DNA of 25,094 bases from an uncultured cyanobacterium (GCA_945836835.1 CAMAML010000001.1:1-25094), one strand, 5' to 3'; shown: positions 15,110 through 24,523, counted from the stretch's first letter. Numbers and translations: made by a program. The notes: generated by a model not told the origin, from the sequence alone.

Positions 15110-18100
15110 ATGGCTCCGACGGGCAGAGTACAATTTGGAAACGGTTATTCATATGAAGTGGTGAACGGCAAAACCGTTTATTATAAAGGCAATCAAAAAA
15201 TTAACAAGTCTGTTTTTCTGTCTAATGCGGGGGCGGTCGAAAAGAACGGAAAGATTGTCGTAAATAACTCCAAAAATACTACTTTTATTGCCTCAAACGG
15301 CAAAAAATATACGATTATCGGAGTTGTACAGGGATCAAAGCGAGGACATTTGGTCGTTCGGGACGAAAAAGGCAACAAGGCTTATGCGTCTTCGGCAAAC
15401 CATACTTTGCTGTCGGAAAGTTATGTCAAAAATTGCCTGCATTATGACACATCAAAGGACAATGTAAAAGGGGCTAAAGGTGAAAGTTATGCCGTAATAC
15501 CTAAAGATCCGAAGTCGAAGAAAAATCCGTTCGGGCGGATTTATGCGGTAAATAAGTTTGGCAAACAGGTTGTATTGGGCAAGAACAAGAATGGGAGATA
15601 TGTTCCGATAGATGAGGGATACGCTCGTGCGACAGAATATGTTCATGAAATGAAATCCGAAATTTCCAAAGCCAAAAACGCAAAGAATAAAAAACGTCAA
15701 CAACAACTTGAAAATGAGATGAAATCTCGTTCTTCTTATTCCAATCAAAATGTAACGAGATATAAGAGTAAAGGAGGCAAGGTTTGGTATATCGACAACA
15801 AAACGGGTAAGCCCGTTAATCTTGTAACTCAGGAGGCAAAGGCTATTATTGCCGATTTGGATGATGCCGCAAGCGGATATTTGGGATTTATCGGTACGAA
15901 AGACGGCAAGCTGAAACGGGCAAACGCCGGAATTCAAGATCCTGAAGTTTTGAAAAAGATTAACGAACATTATTCCAAAGACAGTGATTATAAGAAAAAA
16001 TCCGATCCGAGGAGCGGAAAGTATAAGAGTTCTTATGAGGCGTTTTTGGCAAGCGAGATTAAAGACCATGAGGTTTACGGATTTAATCTTGATTTGGTCG
16101 CAAACGGTGCAATCCAAAGTCGGGAACGTAAGCAAGAAATTTTCTATACAAATTTAACTAAATACGGTGACAAAGCCGAAAACAGAAATGCGACAATGCA
16201 GACCATTAGAACTCGTGAAGAATTGAACGATTTGACGGAAGGGGTTACATACACTGACAGACGAGGCAAAAAACAGACCCGACAGGGATTAAGGCAATAT
16301 AATGCCGCAAACGGTATTAAACCTCAAAATTCCGAAACACCGATTGAAGCGTTGACGAGATCTAAGACCAAAGATAACCCGCAGGAAATTTATCTTGCGG
16401 TGCAGAATTTGACGGCAGGTAAACCGGAATTATTTACCGAGGGTGAGTCGGCGAACATTATGGGGCGTGCCGGAGCAAAAATGCTCGCGAGCGGAAATTC
16501 CGATAACGTCAAAAAAGCACTTTCTAATCGCGATAAGAAATACTATGCCGCTCTTAACAAATATTCGGGCGGAAAGCTCGAAAAGCATGCGTCAAAACTT
16601 GATTTAATGCTTGCCGATTACAAAAAATTCAGTAATACGGAAATTGCTGAAGTTGTCGTTCAAGAACTTAATAATGCTCGTTTAGCTGCTAAAAAAAAAT
16701 ATGCGGAGCGGAGCGAAATGAACAATCCTTATGCCGATGCGGCTACCACCGGATTTTCTTCGATGAGTGCTTCGGATAATTCTTACGAAAAAAATGAACA
16801 TATATCCAATGCTTATGCATTGATTAAAAATCCCGAAATCTTAGCGCTGGTCGAGAAAAAATGTCCGTGGTTTAAAAGCGTTGCGATAGACAAAACATAT
16901 CCTAAAAATGCAACCAATGAGGATAAAATCTTTTATAACACAATATTAAACGATCAACACAGAGATTTTTCAAAGTTGAACATGGTTTCCAATTCACCTA
17001 AGTTAAAACTGAGTTCGGAAGAAGTTCAAGAGAACAAAGCTTATGTTGAATATTTAAAGCAACTATACAAAAGTATGGAAACCGAACATGACATGACGCT
17101 TGCGTCCGAAGGTTGGAAACAAAAACTGGTTTCTTCTTTAAGGTCGGATATGTTTAAGGGAACGACAAAAGAAGATGTTACAAGACGACAACAGGAATAT
17201 CAGTCAATACTTAAAAAACTTGATGCGGCGGCGGAAGGAAAACTTGTTGACAAAAACGGGAAGCCCGTAAAATTTGAGGATGCCGTTAAACAGTATTCGG
17301 GAATGAATTTGGCGGAATTAAATCAGGCATATTCAACGCATCAACTATACGGAGAAATTGTACTGGATTTAAGTGTGGCTGCCGTTACAATGCCGATAGG
17401 CGGAGGTATCGGCAGAGGAATTTCTACTGTTGCAAATCTCGGCAAAGGTGCAAAACTTGTGACAACTGCATTGACAACGGGTGCTGTTGCGGGAACGGGA
17501 CAGCTGATTTTGGATGAAAGTGATATTGCAACGAGTTTGGCGGGTAACACGTTTGAAAGACGTGCCTTGGCAAAAGATAAAGCGATTATGACGGCGGAAT
17601 TTGGCACGCTTGGCACGGGTGTTGGCGGTGTAACCGGCATGGTGTCGAATAAGGTTGCAACAACGGCATCTACCCTCGGTAAAGCTCGTGCCGGGGTTGC
17701 TGCGGTTCAGGTTGCGGGCTTGGCGGCTGACGTCGGGGTCGGAATGGGTATTACCGAGATGAACGGCTCAGATGCGGTCGAATTTTTGCACGATCCGTTG
17801 GCTCTCGGGATGATGATTGTCGCTCACGGGCATTCCGCACTTTCATCCACAAAATCAATTCCGCAGTTGAGGGCGCAGGCACTTGCTAAATCTCATCAGC
17901 TTGCTTTGGCAAAAGAATATAATACGGGTATGCTGGGATCGGATGATATTGCACATCTCCAAAAGACAAATATGACAATTAATGAGGCTAAAAACTATCT
18001 TGCAAACAATGCAAAATTTAATCAAAACGGCAAAAACGGCGTAAGGTTTGAAGAAGGACATAATCAGCTTGTCGTTGTGGACGAAAACGGAACTCATACC

Positions 18101-20605
18101 TTCAAATTTGGCAAAGACGGTAAGGCGGCAGGATATTCAAAAGCTAAGCCGCAGGATTACAATTTGACGGTTGAACAGAGTTTGGAGCTGCAAAATTATG
18201 CAAAAGAGGGTAAAGCCGACCCGATTTTGGCAAACAATGCGGTTGAGAGGGCAAAAATCGTCGAGAACCAAAAAGTTCACCAAAAACTTGACGGCAAAAC
18301 TTTTGACGATATTTTCGGGAAAATTCGAGGAAAAGCTCATTTTGAAATTCATTCTCTTGACGGCAAAGGGCGTTTGATTAAGATTAAATCTTCAAGAGGT
18401 AAATTTGACGTTTACGAGTTTGACTCTGACGGCAAAATTAATAGATTTTCGAGAGGGATTAGCGAGAACGATTTTGCAAAAACGTACGCAGGGTTTAAGG
18501 ATGCAAAAGTAGCTCACTACCGTCCGACTTCGGGTCGTTTAGGAATGAATAATATTGTTCCCGATGACCCTACGCCCGGAGTTGCAGAAAACATCCGTCC
18601 GGAAGCGGTCAGTGACGGTGCAACATGGTATTTTTCAGTGGACATTCCTGAAACATCTCATGTGGTTGCCCCTGATCCAACTCCAACCCCACAAGGGCCT
18701 ACAATAATAACCCGTAAGGCTACTTGGTTCAGAAAAGGTATCAGTAACCTTAAAGTTACAACAGATGCTGACGGACAAGTGATTAAAAAGACTTATGACT
18801 CCAAAAAACTCGGCAGTGTCGAAGAAAACTATCTAGACGGCAGGATTTCGGAACGCATCAGCGAGAAAAAGGGCGTTCGGGTTGTTGAATCTTTTAACTC
18901 CAAAGGTAAACGTACATCGGTTTCCTTTGAGGCAAACGGCGTTGTAACCACCAATAAATTCCATAATGGGAAACGAACACAAAGAATTGTAGATAGTCAC
19001 GGGAAACAGGTAATAGAAGAATATCATGATAACGGTAGACTTGCAAAACAAACCGTATATGAAGGTACTACAGCAAAAATAGAATCCTTCGATAAAAAAG
19101 GTAACCTCACAAAGACTGATGTTACCGAAAACGGAAAAAGAGTTACAAACGATTTCTACGATAGTCTTACCATTGAGAGTGATTACTCGACAGACGCTGA
19201 TATATACACTTATCACCAAAAAGATGACAAGCGTATAAAAGTATCATTTGCCAATGAAGATCAAATAGTCTTAATCCGAGGTGAAAATGATGTTGCGGTC
19301 TACAAATATGATCCAAATTCCAAACGGTATCTTAGACCTGTTGATGATACCGGCAGTTATGTGCGAGATGACGGCTCGTTCTGTGAGGCAAAATTCGATT
19401 ATCAAAAGAAGCAATTTACATTTGAAAATCCTAATAAAAAGATAAAACCGTTTGAAGTGAAACCAACATCTTCAATCAAAAACCCTGACAAAAAAGGGGT
19501 AATTACTCGAAGTGCCGATACCCCTTCGGCAGCTCCGACGGTGGAACATTCCGAGGGAACGTCAACAACATCTTCGGGACACAAGGGTCTGAATCGTACC
19601 GCAAAATGGCTTCTCGGCGGAACCGTAATCGCAGGAATAGTCGGTCCAAACATTGAAGAAATCGAGAAAATGCTCGGAATTACGACAGATGAAGAAGGAA
19701 ACATTACGGAAGAACCAATCAATGAGGTCGAAGGCGAAGAAGAAGATGATGAAGGAGAAAGCGTTGTTAATGACGAACCTATCGACGACATTGAGACCTT
19801 GACGAGCGACGGCGAAGATGTGACGGATGACAGTGAAAACGCACCGCCTGCTGACGGAGGCGGGACAAGCACACCGGAAGAAACAAACGAAAACGGAGCA
19901 GGAGCAGTAACCGAAACGGAAGCTGAAACTGAAGAGGATGCAGGAACGGGCGCAGGTTCGGGCGCAACATCACCATCCGAAAACACCGATACCGACGAAA
20001 ATTTCTGGGAAGGAATGGATGATGTCGATATAGAACCGTCGACAAATACCCCCGTAACCCAAGTCACGCAAACGGGAAATCAGTCGAGTGTACAGGTTGA
20101 TGATGACGACGATGACCGAGACGATGATTCGGATAACGACATTGACACCGGAGCAATACAGGCAGACTCCGTTATTGAAGATAATCAGCCTCAGATTAAA
20201 CCGCCGGAAGATGTTACATTGGTTGATCCGATTGAGGTTGCGGAAACTCCCGTAACGATCGAGGTTGCTCAAACGGTTACCGCAAACGAGGGACAACCTA
20301 CGCTTGATGCGACGGAACGCCACGAAATAACCTCGCCTGCGATAGTCGAGCTTACGCAGAAAATACAAAATGCCAAAAACAAAGAAGAAATCAAAGAAAT
20401 TGTTGAAGAAATCTCTAAATATCAAGATTTCAAAGAGAAAAAAATGCTCCTTGGGGCCTGTGAAGATAAGTTAGACGAAATTGACGAAACCGAAGAGGCG
20501 GAGGACGTAATTATCAGAGAATTGAACCCGTTTGGGGATATGACTTATTCCGAAGAGGCGGACAAAAAACGACGGGAAAATCCCGACAATCCGTTTTTTG
20601 CTTAG
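15110..20605 (+). CDS. Giant modular orphan protein (1831 aa), effector/toxin-like
   Basis: Uninterrupted 5.5-kb ORF; SD GAGG 6 nt before ATG 15110. Basic N-terminal part, Gly/Ala hydrophobic helices, beta-hairpin (MORN/YwqK-like) repeats, short hydrophobic segment, very acidic tail. Confidence 0.85.
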   Translation: MAPTGRVQFGNGYSYEVVNGKTVYYKGNQKINKSVFLSNAGAVEKNGKIVVNNSKNTTFIASNGKKYTIIGVVQGSKRGHLVVRDEKGNKAYASSANHTLLSESYVKNCLHYDTSKDNVKGAKGESYAVIPKDPKSKKNPFGRIYAVNKFGKQVVLGKNKNGRYVPIDEGYARATEYVHEMKSEISKAKNAKNKKRQQQLENEMKSRSSYSNQNVTRYKSKGGKVWYIDNKTGKPVNLVTQEAKAIIADLDDAASGYLGFIGTKDGKLKRANAGIQDPEVLKKINEHYSKDSDYKKKSDPRSGKYKSSYEAFLASEIKDHEVYGFNLDLVANGAIQSRERKQEIFYTNLTKYGDKAENRNATMQTIRTREELNDLTEGVTYTDRRGKKQTRQGLRQYNAANGIKPQNSETPIEALTRSKTKDNPQEIYLAVQNLTAGKPELFTEGESANIMGRAGAKMLASGNSDNVKKALSNRDKKYYAALNKYSGGKLEKHASKLDLMLADYKKFSNTEIAEVVVQELNNARLAAKKKYAERSEMNNPYADAATTGFSSMSASDNSYEKNEHISNAYALIKNPEILALVEKKCPWFKSVAIDKTYPKNATNEDKIFYNTILNDQHRDFSKLNMVSNSPKLKLSSEEVQENKAYVEYLKQLYKSMETEHDMTLASEGWKQKLVSSLRSDMFKGTTKEDVTRRQQEYQSILKKLDAAAEGKLVDKNGKPVKFEDAVKQYSGMNLAELNQAYSTHQLYGEIVLDLSVAAVTMPIGGGIGRGISTVANLGKGAKLVTTALTTGAVAGTGQLILDESDIATSLAGNTFERRALAKDKAIMTAEFGTLGTGVGGVTGMVSNKVATTASTLGKARAGVAAVQVAGLAADVGVGMGITEMNGSDAVEFLHDPLALGMMIVAHGHSALSSTKSIPQLRAQALAKSHQLALAKEYNTGMLGSDDIAHLQKTNMTINEAKNYLANNAKFNQNGKNGVRFEEGHNQLVVVDENGTHTFKFGKDGKAAGYSKAKPQDYNLTVEQSLELQNYAKEGKADPILANNAVERAKIVENQKVHQKLDGKTFDDIFGKIRGKAHFEIHSLDGKGRLIKIKSSRGKFDVYEFDSDGKINRFSRGISENDFAKTYAGFKDAKVAHYRPTSGRLGMNNIVPDDPTPGVAENIRPEAVSDGATWYFSVDIPETSHVVAPDPTPTPQGPTIITRKATWFRKGISNLKVTTDADGQVIKKTYDSKKLGSVEENYLDGRISERISEKKGVRVVESFNSKGKRTSVSFEANGVVTTNKFHNGKRTQRIVDSHGKQVIEEYHDNGRLAKQTVYEGTTAKIESFDKKGNLTKTDVTENGKRVTNDFYDSLTIESDYSTDADIYTYHQKDDKRIKVSFANEDQIVLIRGENDVAVYKYDPNSKRYLRPVDDTGSYVRDDGSFCEAKFDYQKKQFTFENPNKKIKPFEVKPTSSIKNPDKKGVITRSADTPSAAPTVEHSEGTSTTSSGHKGLNRTAKWLLGGTVIAGIVGPNIEEIEKMLGITTDEEGNITEEPINEVEGEEEDDEGESVVNDEPIDDIETLTSDGEDVTDDSENAPPADGGGTSTPEETNENGAGAVTETEAETEEDAGTGAGSGATSPSENTDTDENFWEGMDDVDIEPSTNTPVTQVTQTGNQSSVQVDDDDDDRDDDSDNDIDTGAIQADSVIEDNQPQIKPPEDVTLVDPIEVAETPVTIEVAQTVTANEGQPTLDATERHEITSPAIVELTQKIQNAKNKEEIKEIVEEISKYQDFKEKKMLLGACEDKLDEIDETEEAEDVIIRELNPFGDMTYSEEADKKRRENPDNPFFA

Positions 20606-20613
20606 AATAAATT

Positions 20614-20647
20614 AAAAAATCTCTCGACAAAATCGAGGGATTTTTTT
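20614..20647 (+). terminator. Intrinsic terminator of the giant gene
   Basis: AAAAAATCTCTCGA-CAAAA-TCGAGGGATTTTTT plus T. Confidence 0.85.
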
Positions 20648-20652
20648 ATAAT
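20624..20652 (+). promoter_or_regulatory. Sigma70 promoter embedded in the terminator hairpin
   Basis: TCGACA (20624-20629), 17 nt, TATAAT (20647-20652), 18 nt before ATG 20671. Confidence 0.6.
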
Positions 20653-20670
20653 TAATTTGAGAGAGAAAAC

Positions 20671-21477
20671 ATGTCCGATATTCAAAAAAAAGAGCTTATA
20701 AAATACTGTAAATCTTTGGGGCTTGAGGTTCACACGACAACAAAAGCCCGAGGGCATTCGGGGTTCTTTTTAAAAAATCGGATAGATATTTCAAAAAATC
20801 TTCCCGAACAAAAGATAGTCCAAACCCTTTTGCACGAATTTGCCCACTATGTTCACTTTAAAATCAATCCGAACCTCCACCGAAACGGCGGAGGGCTTGA
20901 AGAATTATTTGGAACAAACGTCGCCAATTTGGAAGAAGAACTGTTTAAGGTGACAAATTTTGTGGACGAAAACTCTTTATGCGTAAGGCTGTACGAGCTT
21001 AAAGCAAGGAACAAAGAAAAACTTCTTGAATATGAAAAAATCGTCAAATCGGAATACCCGAAATTTCAACGCTCAAAAAAGTTCAAAGAGTTTGACAAAT
21101 TTATAAAAAAATCAAGGGCGAAATATCTTCTCAAATACGACCGAGTTCGTTTGGTGACGGGGGTTTTCAGAAAAACTGTTCAAAACATTTCGGTAGTCAA
21201 TTTGGAGCGGGATTTCCCGGAAATTTCCGAAAGTTTTTGTGCGTATATCCGACTTCGCTCATGCCTCAGACGTCAGGCGAGATTAAGCTCAAAAATCAAT
21301 CGGCTGCAAAAATATTACAAAAAGCCGACCGAACTTTTTGCCCGACTGGTCGAAGGGCTTTACCTTGACCGTGAGTGGGTTTGTGCAATCGCCCCTAATG
21401 CCACGAAAATCTTCTTTGAAAATTTGGACAAAAACTTTTATCCTAATCTTCTGCCCCTGAAGAATTATTTGAGCTGA
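20671..21477 (+). CDS. Putative zincin-like metallopeptidase (HExxH)
   Basis: IDIS...QTLLHEFAHYVH; distal PTELFARLVE as candidate third-ligand helix. Confidence 0.7.
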   Translation: MSDIQKKELIKYCKSLGLEVHTTTKARGHSGFFLKNRIDISKNLPEQKIVQTLLHEFAHYVHFKINPNLHRNGGGLEELFGTNVANLEEELFKVTNFVDENSLCVRLYELKARNKEKLLEYEKIVKSEYPKFQRSKKFKEFDKFIKKSRAKYLLKYDRVRLVTGVFRKTVQNISVVNLERDFPEISESFCAYIRLRSCLRRQARLSSKINRLQKYYKKPTELFARLVEGLYLDREWVCAIAPNATKIFFENLDKNFYPNLLPLKNYLS

Positions 21478-21487
21478 AATTTTTATA

Positions 21488-22417
21488 TTACAGCTCCAGC
21501 TCCAGCCCTTCTTGTGCAAGAATTGCGTTTTTGTCGATTAACGTAAATTTTTCTTTGAGTTGGTTAAGTTTTTCGTCCGAATACGAAGGGTCAAAGTGGA
21601 AAAATACGAGTTTTTTCGCTTTTGTTTTTTTCTTGCACTCAAGCGCCATCTCAAACGTCGAATGACCGTAGCCCTGTTTCGGGACAAACGCGTCCATATA
21701 ATCTTCCGTCGTATACTGTGAGTCGTGGATTAAAAGGTCACAACCTTGTGCAAACCTCTCGAGTTTTCTGTCCCCGCCAAAGTATGTTTCTTTGTCCGAG
21801 GCGTAGACAAGGCTCTTCCCTTTGTAGGAAATTTTGAAAATCAAAACGCCTTCCTGCGGGTGAGCGTACGAGCGGTAACAAGTGATTACGACGTCGTCTT
21901 TCTCTGTTGTCAAATCTTTTTCCGACTCAATTCGTTTTACAATCGGGCTTTGCCCTTTTTTGAGGATGATTGCGTCGGTTTCGCTAATCTCTCTGATGTT
22001 AAGGTTCCCCGCAATCGAACCTAAGTCAACGGGGAAAGACTTCCCGAACAACAAAGTCGCAAGCTCATCGGAGAGGCTTTCGCTGTAGTTTACGTTCCCG
22101 TAAACGTCCAAGACGGTTGATGGGATGTGCAAAGGTCTGAAAAAAGTAAACCCCTGGATGTGGTCTTGGTGGATGTGGGATAATAAAACAACCGCTTTAA
22201 TCGGGGTTCTTTCCTCTTTTGTCATGCCTGAGGTGAGGTAGTTTTTCATAAGCTCGTTGCCGATATTCACAAGCCCCGTTCCCGCGTCAATGATAATCAG
22301 ATGCCCGCCGACGTTAATCTCCGTACAAGCTGTGTTTCCGCCGTACTCAAGAAAATCCCTTTCAACCACGGGATAACTTCCTCTGACCCCTCTGAATTTT
22401 ACTCTAAAATCGCTCAT
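21488..22417 (-). CDS. MBL-fold metallo-hydrolase (RNase Z/PhnP/phosphodiesterase-like branch)
   Basis: FRGVRGSYP, YGGNTAC, IDAGTG, SHIHQDHIQG (HxHxDH), AHPQ, YASDKE, LIHDSQY, GHS, FHFDP. Confidence 0.92.
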   Translation of the reverse strand: MSDFRVKFRGVRGSYPVVERDFLEYGGNTACTEINVGGHLIIIDAGTGLVNIGNELMKNYLTSGMTKEERTPIKAVVLLSHIHQDHIQGFTFFRPLHIPSTVLDVYGNVNYSESLSDELATLLFGKSFPVDLGSIAGNLNIREISETDAIILKKGQSPIVKRIESEKDLTTEKDDVVITCYRSYAHPQEGVLIFKISYKGKSLVYASDKETYFGGDRKLERFAQGCDLLIHDSQYTTEDYMDAFVPKQGYGHSTFEMALECKKKTKAKKLVFFHFDPSYSDEKLNQLKEKFTLIDKNAILAQEGLELEL

Positions 22418-22434
22418 CTTTTCAAAATCCTATC

Positions 22435-23448
22435 TTATTTTTTGTTAATTTCGTACACTCCGTTTTGGTCTTTTTCTTCGCCCGTATAAATTGTCGAAGA
22501 CAGAACCATTATTTTTGCAAGGTTCCTTATGTTTGAAAGCCTTGTATCTTTTTGTTGAATATCAAACACAACTTTTTTTCGCTCGTTTTTGATGTTAATA
22601 ATTCTGAACGCATTCGGATAAGACACCAGAGACGGCGAGTTTACGTACAAAACGTTGTCGTGTTGCGTGATTTTGTTTGCGTGATAATGCCCCTGAAAAA
22701 CCGCAATCGGGTTCTTGTATTTTTCGATTACCGCCCGAACCTCGTCGGCATTGAGGAGCCTATGCCCCGCACTCGGAAACGGCTCAATAATCGGTACGTG
22801 CATAAAAATCAAAACAACATCGTTCTTTGAATTTTTGAGTTCTCCGTCAAGCCAAGTGAGCTGTTCTTTTGTAATTTCCCCGTTAGACGTGAGGCGTGAG
22901 GTGATAATCGTGTCAAGCCCTATGACTTTATACCCTTTTCTCGGGACAAACGAGTAGTACGGTTTTTCAAAATTAAAGTTTTCGTTGTGGGCTTTTAAGA
23001 TGTCCATATAGACCTCTTTTGTCAAAAATCCGCCGACACACGGGTCGTGGTTTCCGAAAACAAAATACCACGGGTACTTGATTTTTTCCACGTGCGGAAG
23101 TGCTGCATTAAGCTCCTTTTCAAACGGGCGGTCGATTAAGTCTCCCGTAAACATGACAAAATTAAGGTTTGGCGTCTCGTTGATTTGCTCCACAACGTCG
23201 TCCAAAATCCTCGGAGACTCTGCCGTCAGCTTAAACGAAGTGTTTACGTTTCGGGTTGAAAAATGGACGTCGGAAACTTGCGCAAAACTCAAATCGCTTG
23301 AAGAATAGCTTTGAAGCCCGTAAACCATTGCCCCCGTAAGTACAATCGTTACCATTCCGCTGAAAATTCTTGACAAAATCGACGGTTGTTTGTGTTTTGC
23401 TCGCTGTACTTTTTTCTTATTCTTCGTCCGATACGTTCTTTTCGCCAT
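22435..23448 (-). CDS. Membrane-anchored calcineurin-like metallophosphoesterase (CpdA/Icc-like)
   Basis: SDVH, TGDL, GNHD, MHVP, GHYH; basic N-terminus followed by one TM helix. Confidence 0.92.
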   Translation of the reverse strand: MAKRTYRTKNKKKVQRAKHKQPSILSRIFSGMVTIVLTGAMVYGLQSYSSSDLSFAQVSDVHFSTRNVNTSFKLTAESPRILDDVVEQINETPNLNFVMFTGDLIDRPFEKELNAALPHVEKIKYPWYFVFGNHDPCVGGFLTKEVYMDILKAHNENFNFEKPYYSFVPRKGYKVIGLDTIITSRLTSNGEITKEQLTWLDGELKNSKNDVVLIFMHVPIIEPFPSAGHRLLNADEVRAVIEKYKNPIAVFQGHYHANKITQHDNVLYVNSPSLVSYPNAFRIINIKNERKKVVFDIQQKDTRLSNIRNLAKIMVLSSTIYTGEEKDQNGVYEINKK

Positions 23449-24397
23449 AAATGCCTCTTACTTCATTTCTTGTCTCATTTTGAAGTTTTTCCGAATTTGT
23501 TTGTCTTATTATTTCTTTTATCTCATTATACTTCTGATTTAACTCGGGGTCATCATTAGATAGAATGATTGCTTTATCAAGGTTAAGCATGGCGTTGCTG
23601 TACTCTTTTTTGCCGAGATAACTCAACCCGAGGTACTTAAACACATCGGAGGTCTTGATGTTTTCCGCCAATTTGCTCAAAACTCCAATCGCCTTGTTAT
23701 AATTCCCCCGTTTATAAAGGATTTGCCCGTACAAAAGCTGATATACGTCGTCATCGTTCAACGCTATTGCCGTCACGATTTCGGTTTCCGCATCAACGAG
23801 CTGAGAGAGTGCATAGTATGCCTTTGCCCTGATTGCATAAGCGACATCCGACTGTTGATTGTAATAAAGAAACCTTTTGATAGGCTCGTTTACAAGTTCA
23901 TACTGCCCCGACTCCAGATAGCAATTTGCAATAGCAAGGAGCGCCTGCGTAAAAGAAGGCTCGATTTGGTAAGCGGTAAAGTATGCGTCGATCGCCTGCG
24001 TGTACTCTTTGTTTTCTCTGTAATAATCCCCTAAATAAGAATAAACCCAAAAGTTTGTCCCTTTTGCCGAAGTCTTGAGAACGTTCCCCTCGTTAAGCCT
24101 GTCCCCGTGTCGTTTATACGCCATTGCCTTATCCAAATCGGCGTTATATCCGGTTATAAACGAGGTTTGGTGTCTTGTGCCGAGCTGATAAAGAAGTTCT
24201 TTTAACTTAGGATACTCGGGGTTGTTCGGTGCAAGTTTTATTACCTTGTCAAGATAAATTACCGCATCCCGATAATCCCCCAAAATACAGTCGTTGGAAA
24301 CTATATCCATATAGTCCTCAATCATCTCGTTATCGTTGGCGAGAACGGGAATATTAAAAGCTAAAATAATCAAAACCGATAAAGCAAACTTCTTCAT
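23417..24397 (-). CDS. Secreted tetratricopeptide repeat protein
   Basis: Signal peptide MKKFALSVLIILAFNIPVLA; several TPR-like helix pairs (AVIYLDKVIKLAPNNP, YLGDYY...AIDAY, YLGLSYLGKKEYSNAMLNLDKAIILSNDDP). Confidence 0.9.
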   Translation of the reverse strand: MKKFALSVLIILAFNIPVLANDNEMIEDYMDIVSNDCILGDYRDAVIYLDKVIKLAPNNPEYPKLKELLYQLGTRHQTSFITGYNADLDKAMAYKRHGDRLNEGNVLKTSAKGTNFWVYSYLGDYYRENKEYTQAIDAYFTAYQIEPSFTQALLAIANCYLESGQYELVNEPIKRFLYYNQQSDVAYAIRAKAYYALSQLVDAETEIVTAIALNDDDVYQLLYGQILYKRGNYNKAIGVLSKLAENIKTSDVFKYLGLSYLGKKEYSNAMLNLDKAIILSNDDPELNQKYNEIKEIIRQTNSEKLQNETRNEVRGIYGEKNVSDEE

Positions 24398-24403
24398 ACC
24401 CTA

Positions 24404-24412
24404 ATTATACCA
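24404..24412 (-). promoter_or_regulatory. Extended -10 promoter giving a leaderless transcript for the TPR operon
   Basis: Minus strand TGGTATAAT, 6 nt, ATG. Confidence 0.6.
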
Positions 24413-24523
24413 TAAAAACATTAAGATTTGTAATGTTAAAAATAAAATTTTGGCAATTTTTTCTTTCCGCAAAACTTTATACAGATGTAGGGAAAATTTC
24501 TAACAAAAAGGAGAAAATAGAAT

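Noticed and set aside
20095-20140. GAT/GAC trinucleotide run
   Set aside because: Encodes poly-Asp in the acidic tail; imperfect, and not a CRISPR array or phase-variable tract
15452-20425. Antisense ORFs (227, 221, 151, 128 aa) within the giant gene
   Set aside because: Low-complexity Ser/Phe/Val-rich mirrors of the biased sense codons
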